A stretch of DNA of 61,257 bases, counting the filler, from Hausera hauseri (lineage: Eukaryota): assembly GCA_046269625.1 (NCBI GenBank). It is 9 parts of 9 records of this genome, joined end to end, with 100 filler letters (N's around TTAATTAATTAA, not from the genome) between each part and the next. Parts side by side here need not be neighbours in the genome. Positions count along the whole stretch, not along the records: positions 45,778 to 56,462 come from JBJURY010158866.1; positions 56,563 to 61,257 come from JBJURY010472133.1; 7 more parts are not named here. One strand, 5' to 3'. A program made the translations under genes and the position numbers. Below are positions 49,600 through 61,257 of the stretch, piece by piece. Every line of letters begins with the position of its first letter. Position 1 is the stretch's first letter. The notes under the pieces are model-generated. The model was not told the DNA's origin, ran no database searches, and saw nothing but the letters and a program-made list of their open reading frames with translations.

Positions 49600-52050
49600 C
49601 CCACACTTTTATTTGTCCACTAACGTCGATGACATACATCTTGAGGCGAAGAACCACAAATCTTCTTATTTGCTGCCGAATTATTTCTATGATCTTTTGG
49701 ATAGTATCATGTATCCATATGTGCAGCCAAATGTGCAAAATCCTCAATTAAATCTTCAGTATGGATCTGATACATGAAGGAATCAGTATCCATAAATTAA
49801 CTGCAATTCCTTGAATGTTGGAATTATGATATTATAGTGGAAATCGTATATCAAGGTCCTCGATGGGTCTAATATCGACATATCAACACAAATTGGCTTG
49901 TTGAATTCCAAAGATGTTTCCAGCATACCGATACTGACCAAATTTTCTCGGTATATTGCGCTGCTGTGGAAGTTAGGCTTTGCTATGAGCTGCTTTGCTC
50001 CCTTCCAATCACACACTAACTCAATGTTTATGCGGTTCCGAATATTTTCCATCGTTCTGCCAAAAACACTTGTTATACAGCTTGAATTGGTCTTTCTCGA
50101 AGTCGTTTTGGCATTAGCCCTCAGCTGGATGTTGAAGTCAATGTATGGTTGCAGCCACATGGACTGGCTGAACTTCATGGACCGATGGATTTTGGTGATT
50201 CGAAGTCCATGATTCATATCCTGTTGGAGATTGATGTAATGGGCTACATATCGTTGTCTATTGTCCAGATGACACATTATCTTTTTGAATCTCCCATTAA
50301 CCGGCTTCTTACTTTCAGGAAGAAAAGCAGCTGCTCATGCATTGTGTGGATTGAATGGTCGTATTCCACATCTACTTCCAATATGTAGCCTATTTCTCCG
50401 TTGGAATCCAGATCTTGTATTCTGATGTCTTCGGGATGGTCGATCCATTTAAAGTTGTCATAAAGCAATGGGGCGCTCATTACCCATCCATACAAATTGT
50501 TGGAATCCAAGTATGTTACATATGCGGAGGGCTTGGATGAATCATAATCTGCCATATACATATTGGCCTCACTATCTGCGAATGACCTGGCAAATTCCAC
50601 CACGAATACCTTTCTCGATCATGAGGATCATATTGTAACTCTCTAAGATCTGAAGCCGAACACCTGTATATCGAAGCATTGCTACCCAACTCATTCCTGG
50701 AGCAGTGGAGAAATGAGCTGGATCCAACTTATGATTCCAAAGCGTCACTTCTGAAGCTCTCGAAGACATCTGTTAACAGCAACACATCCGTTTTGAGATG
50801 TCACTATATTCTCCGATGGTTTTACACTGGAATGCATGCCAGACCTTTTGTACACGCTCATAGTCAGAATCACTAATATCTGTGTCTGATAGCTGACTAT
50901 AAAAGTCCTTCTTAGTTGATAGTGAAGTTTCATCCAGTGATCCCCATGATGTTATGTAATCATAGGGAATAATTCCTTTCTTTCGACCAAGTCAAATGTA
51001 CCTGCAAAGAACTTATTTGTTTCCTTTAGTTCATCTGATGGAAGATTCTTGACGAGGCTGTCAAGTGATGAACTCATGAAACGGAAACTATCAATGAATC
51101 GGAGTCTAATTTTCCAAACATGTTTGGTGAATGTGACATATTTCTCCTCACTGTTTGGGATCACATCAATATCCCCCTACATGTTTTCAAGTTCTCTGAC
51201 TATAAAATGAGAATCATAGCCACTGAGATGGTGAATGATGACAGGCACAAATGTCACTGTTCTGCAGCGTAAATTGCTTGAATTGCATGCTGCGCCTCTA
51301 CTTTCCTGTTAGATGGCAATGATCGCGAACCTTGTGGTTTTCCATCGTGAACGGTTTTTCACACATGTAACATGTTGTTGCCTTTCTTAATTCATTTTCT
51401 TTTTTAGTGATATCACCATACTCTTAGGCCTCATGTTTTCAATCCTATGTGCCAAATCTTCCAAGTGCTGCATAAAATAAAGCGCCGCATTTGAACCCCT
51501 CAATAAATATGGTTCCTTGTCCATTCCTTTTCCATACATGCAAAAGGATGACAGCTCATTATGTTGGTATGCTGTCGTATTACTTTGTTGAGAATTTGGG
51601 TTGCAACTCTGAACTGGATTATGGATAGCCTCCAAGTCGCAATATATAACAATTTTTACTTTATGCATCTTCTGATACTCTGAACCGATATCATCTTTTG
51701 GGAATTGCGTTCTAGTGCATTGATTGATGTTGCACTACATCTTGTGTTCTTTCAGCTTCTCCACAGCTGATTCGCCATTGAAATGGGAGAAGCATCGTTT
51801 GAATATCTCAATTTTTGACATGTTTTATTATTTTGGATCTCAATAGACGTTCAATGTTCTTGATCCAGATGAAATATACTTTTCACTATTGTCTACCAGG
51901 AGCATATCCCTATGGTCCTCCAATTCAACTTTGCACACGTGTAAAGGATAGAAATTTTCCATTTCATCCCATCGAAATATATTGATGGACATTAGGTTCA
52001 CTTGTTGAAATTTATCAATTTCATGTATTGCTGGTAGAAACGTAATACAA
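49600..52050 (-). pseudogene. Polinton-type polB with embedded endonuclease VII-like Zn module, decayed
   Basis: IYCDLEA, CYMC...VRDHCHLTG..RGAAC, H.LSGYDSHFI, FIDSFRFMSSSLDSLVKNL, YLDSNNLYGWVMS, SVFGRTMENIRNR, YG.TDSF. Confidence 0.9.
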
Positions 52051-53180
52051 CACGGTTCACCGAGTTTTCGAGTACTACTCGGTAATTATTCGACTCTTAA
52101 ACTTGTTTTTGAATATCTGATACAGGATTTTGATTCTCCATATATGGTTTCCTATCTGTCTACGCTTAAAGATTTTACGATTTTTGATTCGTTGGGGCAA
52201 GAAAATATGCTCTACACTGTTAGTAGATTGCGTTTCTACCATTCCGACCTCAACGTCATTCGATGATTGTAAGATTGAATTATGCATTAGAAGTTTATTA
52301 TAAAAGTTTGTATAACAATTATCCCCTTCACTCATTAAATGAGTCTTATTTTCATCCTATTTTGAATTTCTTGACTTTATATTGGCTATTTATGGAATTA
52401 ACTTTGAATTGAATTTAAACATTAATTTTCGTTTAAATTCCTCCTCACATGCACCACCAACTTGCGAATCACATTATTCAAAAAACAATTGACCGATTTG
52501 AAAACGGTTTGCAGTTGTATAGATCACCGTTTTTGATCGATTTAACTTGTTCTCAAGTTCGAATAATCGATATTGGACTTATCGGAAAACTAGTATTATT
52601 GATTTTCACCCCCTTCGAATAGTGTGCCGAATGTTTCAAGTACACAGATTAGTACACACATTAGCACTATTGATTAGCACTTTCACTTGATCGATTTATT
52701 GATTGGTTCTGTATAGATTTATCAATGACGGCGGTTCCGAATCGATATATTGCTGCTTTAAGGTTACGGAACCCCTACACAGGGGAGGTGTCTGGTGTAG
52801 ACTCCCTATTTTCATCCTACTTCTGATCTGAATGAACTTGTGTATATTCATCTTCATGAGGCACATGATGCAATGAAAGTTTGTTCAAATCCTATACAAG
52901 ATCATTAATATAGTCCATAATGTAAGTCATTATCTGTATTTCCCATTTGCTTATATTATTTTTAAGACCAATTAATTATTGCATTTACTATGCTAAACAT
53001 TGCTGTAATATTGCACTATATTTATCGATTTAATTTTAAAATGTCAAATTTATCAATTTTCGAATATTCCAGTCTTCGAATACTTGTAAACTTGTTTTCG
53101 AATACTCGCACCTTTTGTACTGGATGTATTGTATTTGGTCTCCTTTTCTTTTTTTCTTCTAATTACTTATCTACGAAAGT

Positions 53181-55257
53181 TTAAACAGGGCGCCCTCTTT
53201 TCCTAGTGATTCCTTTGTGCTCCTGACAGAAACAAGATGCAATGTCAGTTTTAAATTCCAATAAAATATATTGACGATTGGGACCTATAGAATGCGATAA
53301 ACAATTTCTCTTATATAACAGCCAAGCATTCACCACGGTTAAATCTAATAGATGAAACATTATACCATGGTACCATTTTCTTGATCCAATTTTTATTCGA
53401 TGCAACGCTATCAATGAATCAACCAATTCTACTCCACCCATGTGTTGGTTGTATATTTTTACTATATTCGGACGTTCTAGGTCAAGTTTTCTTTTTATTT
53501 TTCTCTCCCACCTCTTCACAACGTCTGTTGGCTGTGCTTCGCAAAATGTGCTCATTAAATGAACGGTCTTGTTGTCGTACCACTTAATCACATTTATAGA
53601 GACCTTGTCAATACATGTAGAGAGTGCTTCGTAACTTCCTCTGCCCTTAATTTTCATCACTTTATCTGACGAAAACTCACAGTGTTTAGTCTGTTTGATC
53701 GTACAGTTGCAACATTCTGAATTCCCATGTTTCTAATTCAGTTACTAAAGGAACGCTTGAAAATCAATTGTCGAAACAAATTTTATGAAATAGTTGAGTC
53801 GTTACAATTTTTGATAAACGTAACACTTCATTGTTATTACTTCCAACATCAGGTAATTGCTGATCATGTATCACTTTGTCGGTGTAAATTTCAAAATTGT
53901 AAATGAGTCCAGATGAATCGCTCAATAAAAAAGCTTTGTAGCCCCGTTTTTTTAGTTTTTTTTAGGCATATACTATTTTAGCCTGTCTTCCTTTAAATAT
54001 TATTATTTGCTTGTCAACACAAAGGTGTTCAGCCATCGTCATGCGATTGAAGTTTAACCAAATTGTCGAGAATGTCTTATTTTTTGTAAACTATCCATTT
54101 TGTCTGAATTCTTTGTGTTTGCCTCTAAATTCCTGCTAAAATGAATTTTCGATTTTATTTCTTTCCATCGCGTACGACTCATTAGTATTGGCAATAGCAG
54201 GCACTCTTATCTCTGATTTCCAATACATTTCAGATCTTGGTAACCCGTAAATGGCCATAAAAAACAGCAACCAAAGAACTGTTCAATTTCGTTCGCTGAA
54301 ACACTTATGGGTTTTGCTGGATCACACTGCACTGTATATGTATTGTTATAGTCAACTATGTCACTTATAATTTCACTGTCAAATAGTTTTCGAAAATAAG
54401 TCACAAGGGAGTAGGGTCCTTGGGGTCTTCAGGGCAATCTTCTTTCCAAGAGCAATGGCAACTATTATTCGTCTGGGTTACTGATTGCCAGACAATTTTT
54501 GTGGTCTTGAATTTTCCTCATGTGATGATGATTCAGTACTAAATTCATCGTCACTGTCAATAATATTTATGCGTCGTCGGGTAAATACTACTGCATGATC
54601 TTCATCTGACTCAGATAAATAAAGAATCTTAAAATAAAATAATAAAGAATATTCGGATTTATTACGGCTGATGCGTCTATTTCTAATTCCTCTTTTTGAT
54701 CATGTATCCATATTTTGGGTATACGATAAAAAATCTAAAAATATAAGACAGTAAAAGCAATATATAAATATAGCGAAATCGGATATTTATAAATGTCTGA
54801 GTTTTTCCACAGTAACAATTATTTAAACAAATCGCGTCCGGTTTTTTACTGTTCACCCTGTACAATATAGTCCACTGTAATCTTTGTCGCAAACTGTATT
54901 ATATACAAACAGTAGTAAAATGATTATTTAAATGCAAACAAATAAGTTATTATTGATATATAAACACAGCGCTTGTATGTACGCCTTTTTGTTTAGTAAA
55001 CATCGGCAGAAGCACAAATAATGTCAATTGCATAAGATGGATCCTTTGGTTTCTATCTTCAGACAATTTGCAAGGCATTTACTTTGATATTTCAGGTTGA
55101 TGGTGCTGCCAACCGTCATCAATATTGTTGTTGGTTATCTCAGGCATTATATAATTAAGACGTATACGTCATCTTGTGAAAAAACTAAAATTATTTGGTA
55201 AAATGTCGATATATTATTATGTGCCTTGAAAGTTACACAGGCCCATAGATGGTTAAG
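53181..55257 (-). mobile_element. piggyBac transposon, decayed
   Basis: YFRKLFD, CVDKQII.FKG, FDN.FSSVPL, KWYDNKTVHLMST, YNQHMGGVELVDSLI, W.LY. Possible terminus GG|TTAA near 55251-55256. Confidence 0.88.
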
Positions 55258-56562
55258 GTGAGTTTGACATTACTGAATTGAATTCCATTCCAGATCAATA
55301 ATCTGCTTTCTAATTAATTGAAATTGAACATTCCTGATTAATATTTCGTAAGCAATTCTTTTAAAGTTAATATTTCGTACATAATCGTTTTAAGAAATAT
55401 AGTATTTCCATCATTACAATTTTCTAGATTCAGCCTTTGTACAATTTTTACACCACAACGTTCCTTTTATAACATGTTAAATTTATCACCGATACAAAAT
55501 GCATTTTATTGGTAAAATGAAGTAATAGATAACATGAATTATTTTTATTACAGCTATTTTTGATATCAGTGAAATGCATGGAACGCTCATTGTTTTTTAT
55601 TTATTATGACGAGATAATAGTTTGTATTAACAAAAGATGATATCTCGGAATGCTTTTAGTTATTTAAAGAAGACTTCTACTTACAAAAGAGAGCAGGCAT
55701 ATCGTGCTAGGAGCAACTGCCGAATAGTGTATGATAAGTTAATTACATGAAGTTGGAAAGTGTTTTATAGTAGATGATTAGACTAATTTAATTTTAAATA
55801 TAGTATCTATTCCATGACATAAATACTACCATTCTACTTCTAAGTTTGTGTATATTTTCAGACAAACGAAATAGAATTGTCTATTTAGACAAGAACATCA
55901 TTAAACGCTCAATTCCCTTTGTCAAAAACATCATGTGTCTCAGGAAGTATTTTTCTGGCTGCATTTCGCGCGTTTTCATTATGCTCGTCCGGTGACTATT
56001 TGTTTACAGACTGAACATATTGAATTTATTCCATAAAATTAAAATACAGATTTAAGGCCTCCTCTAACCTTCTTGGCGAATATCTCGGGCACTTGTAACA
56101 AGGACATAATTACAAGCCTGTACTGATGTGGCGTTAGACAAAGCGAATTTGTAGCGTATACTTCTATTGATTTAGATTTACAAAACAGTTTAAGGTTGTT
56201 TCCTTATTGTAATGAGCGTTTGTTATATATATTATATATTGTTCGTGTTTTACCACGAGTAGCAAATCAGGTCATATTATCTGTTTATAAAATTTCTATA
56301 GATTTTCATATATTCATCATCATCTCTCTTCTCCGACATCAGATTCAAATCAGTGCAAAAATTGAGCCTTCTTATCAGCAGTATATATATATATATATAC
56401 TTACTGCTTTGGATAAATCTGTTTCTTCACCCACATATGCGAAACACTGACATTTACACCCANNNNNNNNNNNNNNNNNNNNNNNNNNNNNNNNNNNNNN
56501 NNNNNNTTAATTAATTAANNNNNNNNNNNNNNNNNNNNNNNNNNNNNNNNNNNNNNNNNNNN

Positions 56563-56879
56563 ATATTATCTGCATGGAGTCAAAAGTTAGAATTTCTACT
56601 ATTAACGGAAACTCGGCCGAATTACAATATTGCGATTCGAAATTTGTTTCTCTTACCATACATTGTTTAAATAATCTTGACAAAGAAATTACAAATTTTA
56701 CGACAGATTCGTCGGACGATATTGTAACAAAATGGAACAAAATTGAAGCGAATTTTTCTTCTCTCGCTCTGGATGTTGTTAATGTTTTGTCAGCCTATGA
56801 GAGAGATTCATTAGATTCACCTGATTCGCTTATACAAGCTATTCGAGATAAGTTTTCGAAGATAAAATTATTGATTGAG
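56563..56879 (+). CDS. Probable host exon, helical/coiled-coil-like, unidentified
   Basis: Open frame of ~100 codons ending GAG|GTAGAA, followed by AT-rich and (CA)n intron-like sequence. Confidence 0.4.
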
Positions 56880-57729
56880 GTAGAATTTATTTTATACTTC
56901 TATGTAGTTTATAATGGAAATACACACACATACACACACATTATACAGTATTTTTAGTACGCGGTGGTATTTTGTATTTGGTAGCTGGTTTGTTTAATAA
57001 TCCATTTCTTTAACCAACACGAACATACATAGGGTAAGTATTATTCTTTGTTTCAATATAAAGAAATTTACTTTTTGATGCATTTGGTAAACACTTACTC
57101 TACGGGAGATGTACCAAAAAAGTTGAAGATGTAGAATTTGAAGTATTATTTGTTGAAGATTCGTACCAAACACAAAAAAAAATTCAATATATTTCAAATT
57201 TTTTTTGAAGATATTTATGAACTTATACATTATTTCCCTGTTCTATACATAAGGCAGTAATGTCTGATTTTTCAAGGAACAGCAACATTATATTAATGGC
57301 GACATACGACAAAACGAGTATCATCTAAATAAAATTGAATAATAGATGAGCATGGAAACTGAGTACCATACAAATTGAGAGAAAGAAACATTTCAACTCA
57401 GTCGTAGCCAAATATGAGCATAATTTCACAATTAAATGATTTTTTGAGGGAATGTTTAGAAATGCTTGTAAATCTCTCTCAAATGATAACAAATTTCCAC
57501 CCGGGAATAAATTTGAACCTGTTAACAGATAATTCTCATTTTTAGTAATTAAGCGTTAGTTCACCTGGTTTTATTTAATATTTCCATGATTCGATTGAAT
57601 GTATATTAAAGCAGTATTTACACAGAGGTATAATTTTTGTTGTTATTTGGTTGCAACAATATAATTTTTCATCCTTTTTTGTCATTCATTACATTGTACA
57701 AATTTAATCACTTTTCAAGGATGGGTAAG

Positions 57730-58437
57730 TATCATGATATAACTTCTGTTTTGCTCTCAAACATCAGGCTTTTGAAAGATGGAGGGTACACGCAATGTCA
57801 AATAGCCTAAAGACTGAACATTTTTCAAATTGTTGTTTCACGAACATTGTCTCGAAAACGTTCATCAAAATTCAACTCGGGAAGTGTTAAATGCACATCT
57901 GCCAGGGTCGATCGGACCATATAAGAAATGTCAAGAAGAATCTATTTATATCATCACGGGAAATTCAATCAACATTGCCAGAAAAATGTTATGTTTCATC
58001 TCGAACTATTCGCCGACGTTTGGTTGATGCAGGATTACATTCAAGGAAACCGGTAAAAAGCCACTCTTAAGTGAATTACACAAGCGTAAACGTTTGATCT
58101 TCTGTCGAAAATACAATGATTGGTTGCCCGAGCAGTGGGCTAAAGTCTGCTTTGGTGACGAATCCTGCTTTCAACTCATGACGTCCCTCGCGAAATCTGT
58201 CAACGACCTAAAGGTCAACGTTATTCAACGCAATTTACTGTTCCAACAGTCAAATACCCTGATTAAATAATGGTTTGTGAATGTTGTGGAGATAAAAGTA
58301 GAGGATGAATCTGGTTTTTTCCTAAAAACGCCAAAATGAGCTCAGAGAAGTACATTGAATATCTGACAGAAAAGCTTCCCACGTCCCTTGCAAAAGATTA
58401 GTATGAAAAATTTCAGCAAGATTCCTTATCATGCCAT
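57730..58437 (+). mobile_element. Tc1 transposase remnant
   Basis: PGSIGPYKK (GRP-like), KKPLLS...KRKRL.FCRKY..W...QWAKVCFGDES.F, PTVKYP..IMV, FQQD. Confidence 0.8.
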
Positions 58438-58510
58438 AGTAGGGAGAAGTGTGGGCTTTACCGCACTTCTCTGATTGGTCCGGCGACCAGTTTTCCCCAC
58501 CTATTGGCTA
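58438..58510 (+). repeat. CCAAT-containing repeat, candidate Polinton terminus; second copy at ~60600-60665
   Basis: AGTAGGGAG start. GCACTTCTCTGATTGGTCCG.CGACC.GTTTT is shared with 60624-60656. Confidence 0.55.
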
Positions 58511-60763
58511 TTCTGAACATTTCACTAAAATTTTCTCACGACCCCCCTCCCAGGAAAAGAGATCGAGTGAAGAGGTTCGGACCAGGTGATATCGATAGCT
58601 CGTGACGAGGTGAGCAAAAGTTAATAGCGGTGGGGTATGTGAAAAATGTAAGGGAGAGGCGCTAGAAGAGGCAGAAGCAAAACAGGAAATGCGCCTCGCG
58701 TAACGAGACACATGCTGTTAGCGCTGAGAAAACGGGTACAAAGGGTAAATCGACGTTGGCGATTACAATGGACACTGTTGCAACTCGGTCAGACCATGGG
58801 AACATGGGGAAAAATCAATGGGAAAATTTCAAATGGGTAAAATTTCCCCTTGCACGAGTCAGACTGTGATGGAAATGGGTTGAGCACGTAGCCCATGAGC
58901 AGTTGAGCATTTCATATTATAGCCGCCTCACGATCAGACGAATGGATCGGGGTGAAAAATGAATGCAACGACGACGACGACGACGACGACAAAATGTATT
59001 GTTAAAAATTCAAAATAATAATAATCGTCATCATCGTTCGTTCGTTCGTTTGTTCATTTTGTAAAATGTCGAAATAATAATCATCATCATCATCGTTCGT
59101 TCGTTTGTAAAAGAAATTGAAATAAACAAAATGCCACTTATCTAACCCAAATTTGAATTGGAATTTTATTGCCACCTAACCAACTCAATACGCGATCCAA
59201 TATGATTTCTTTTTTAATCGAAAAACCTAGTGATTATAATTATTAATTGAAATTTCGTGACTATATACTACCGATACGTACGATACGCCTACTTCATGCT
59301 TTTATCTACATTGTTAATCTTTAACATTAGAAAAATCAATATATGAAAGTTACTGGGCTTCCACGTTGCGCTTACTTATAATACATTAACGATTGTCTGG
59401 AATAGACAGTTTGTGCATGTGTGCGAGGATTACAATACGAAATGCATACATATTGGACCAGCACACATTTATTTTCATTTTGACGTGACTTCTAGTAACT
59501 GGACAAATTTAAATATTCAACTTACTTTATTGTTGATGATGAAAAAATCTAAGCCAGATTGGAGTAAATTCGGTTTACAAGATGGTAAAGAAGTATACGA
59601 ACCACACGAAAAATATAAAGTAAGATAAAATTCATGATTTTGTATTTAACATTCTCTAATATTGAATTGTATGCTGAGTTATATTTTTCATATTTCTAAA
59701 TGAATCGATTTTGCTTATATTAGATTTGAGATTTTATACCGAAGAAAACTTTATTCTTTTAGATTTTTTACCTTTCAAAGTAAAGCTGCCTATAAATTTT
59801 TATTTATTTAAATACATTTTATATTTTCAATTACACATTCTCTCTTATTCAGAATAACATCAGTCGTCTCCCTTTGAAAGTTAAATAGCGATATTCTATC
59901 AATTTTTCTTTTTGTGAAGACTTCATAATTAGCCCGCTTTTGTGTCCAAATAATTTCAATCATCAACTAGTCTTAGTGATCCTCTTAATCATTCCTTAAT
60001 ATGATAATAGTTTTGATTCCGTTTTGTGTTTTATCAGATGTATCATTCTCTTGATAATTAACCCTATCGCAGTAACTAAATGTACTAGAACACAAAATAG
60101 GAAATGTTACATGTGGATCGATGTGGGCAATTTTTTATTTAATTTTTTTGCCATGTTGGATTGCTCAATAATTTAATAGAAAATCGCTCAGATATCCGTT
60201 GAAGGTGAAGATGTAACCAACCAATCTTTCCGCAATTCTATCCGATTGTGTATGATAAGCTGTTGTTTTGCAAGAGCATTATTATTGATTTCATAATTTA
60301 ACATTTTGTTTTTGGAAAAGAATAAAAATAAATATTGTTAACATTATAGATTTGTAATGATATAAAATCGAATACAACCAAACGCGTTTATTAGAATAAT
60401 GAAATAAGTTTTAGAATTATGGATATTGATCTTTATGGATTTTCGAATATTCAAAATAAGCTCTAGCGTGTAACTTCGAATTTCGTTTTATTTTATGCTG
60501 TTTATATTAATATCAAAGGTTGCAATATTTTAGCTGTTATCGATTACCACACTATACCTCAATTTGATCTTAATGATGAATGAAAACAAATATCTTGGGT
60601 AGGTAAAAGTGAGCTCTCCACTGCACTTCTCTGATTGGTCCGCCGACCGGTTTTTCCCTCTATTACACGGATTTCATTCCCTACATTTTAAATGTGTACA
60701 GTAAAGAGATTATGCTGTATCGTTACATTGAAAAATTAAGTCCATATCAAACTTTTATTGTCT

Positions 60764-61240
60764 CTATTTATGTGGTGCAACTAAATCCGGGAGTTTAACA
60801 CCACCACACAAACCACACGTATTAACCAATTCAGTAGGTGAGTGAACGAGTCCATCGGAATTAGTTACATTGCAATGTTGCTTGAAGCAAATCTGATCCG
60901 GTGACTGCCACGTGGGAATGTAATCACCAATCTGTCGATCACCTTTGACAAAATCTTCCACAAATCGTATTTGACGTGGATTGTCATCCAATGCATAGTG
61001 ATCCGCCAATTTTTGATAAGTGCGAAACATCTGGCCGAATACTGTGTCCATGTCACCAACAACCTGCTTCATATGTCGTAGGTAAGGTTCCCGTGCCCTC
61101 CAATTCGCCTCAGCACGCAGAAGTATCTCTTCGGGAGAACAGTATCGCGCATCATGTAAAGGTCGATCAAGATTGTAAATGTGACTGCGGAGACCGTCGA
61201 ATGAGTGATACAAACGAATGAGTTCGGTTAAATGAGACAT
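60764..61240 (-). CDS. Intact intronless orphan ORF with a C-terminal Cys/His cluster (may be 5'-truncated)
   Basis: 158 aa open frame with CFKQHC...CGLC. AATAAA lies about 6 nt after the stop. Confidence 0.5.
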   Translation of the reverse strand: MSHLTELIRLYHSFDGLRSHIYNLDRPLHDARYCSPEEILLRAEANWRAREPYLRHMKQVVGDMDTVFGQMFRTYQKLADHYALDDNPRQIRFVEDFVKGDRQIGDYIPTWQSPDQICFKQHCNVTNSDGLVHSPTELVNTCGLCGGVKLPDLVAPHK

Positions 61241-61257
61241 GTCGTAATGTCATACCG

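Overview
This window is not one locus. It is nine eukaryotic contigs joined by artificial 100-bp spacers (N-run + TTAATTAATTAA + N-run). Contig 1 (1-14908) reads as teleost DNA and holds a minus-strand tdrd5-like gene. It has three LOTUS domains, appears to lack the Tudor exons and has a broken splice donor. Contigs 2-9 are AT-rich, look invertebrate (possibly a fish parasite; inference only) and consist mostly of decayed mobile DNA. That DNA includes a Gypsy element with a long accessory region, two hAT-like transposases, Tc1, mariner, piggyBac, RTE and Penelope pieces, and Polinton/adintovirus-like polB and penton fragments. The most striking signal is in contigs 6 and 7. Two diverged Gypsy-type gag ORFs each carry a ~71-aa ubiquitin-like domain (ending KLKGG and RLRGE) fused directly before the capsid region, behind a long unrelated N-terminal extension. 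Neither has a visible LTR: one lies in a compact intronless gene array without pol, the other directly downstream of a Polinton-type polB. All family calls come from motif recognition by eye; no searches were run.
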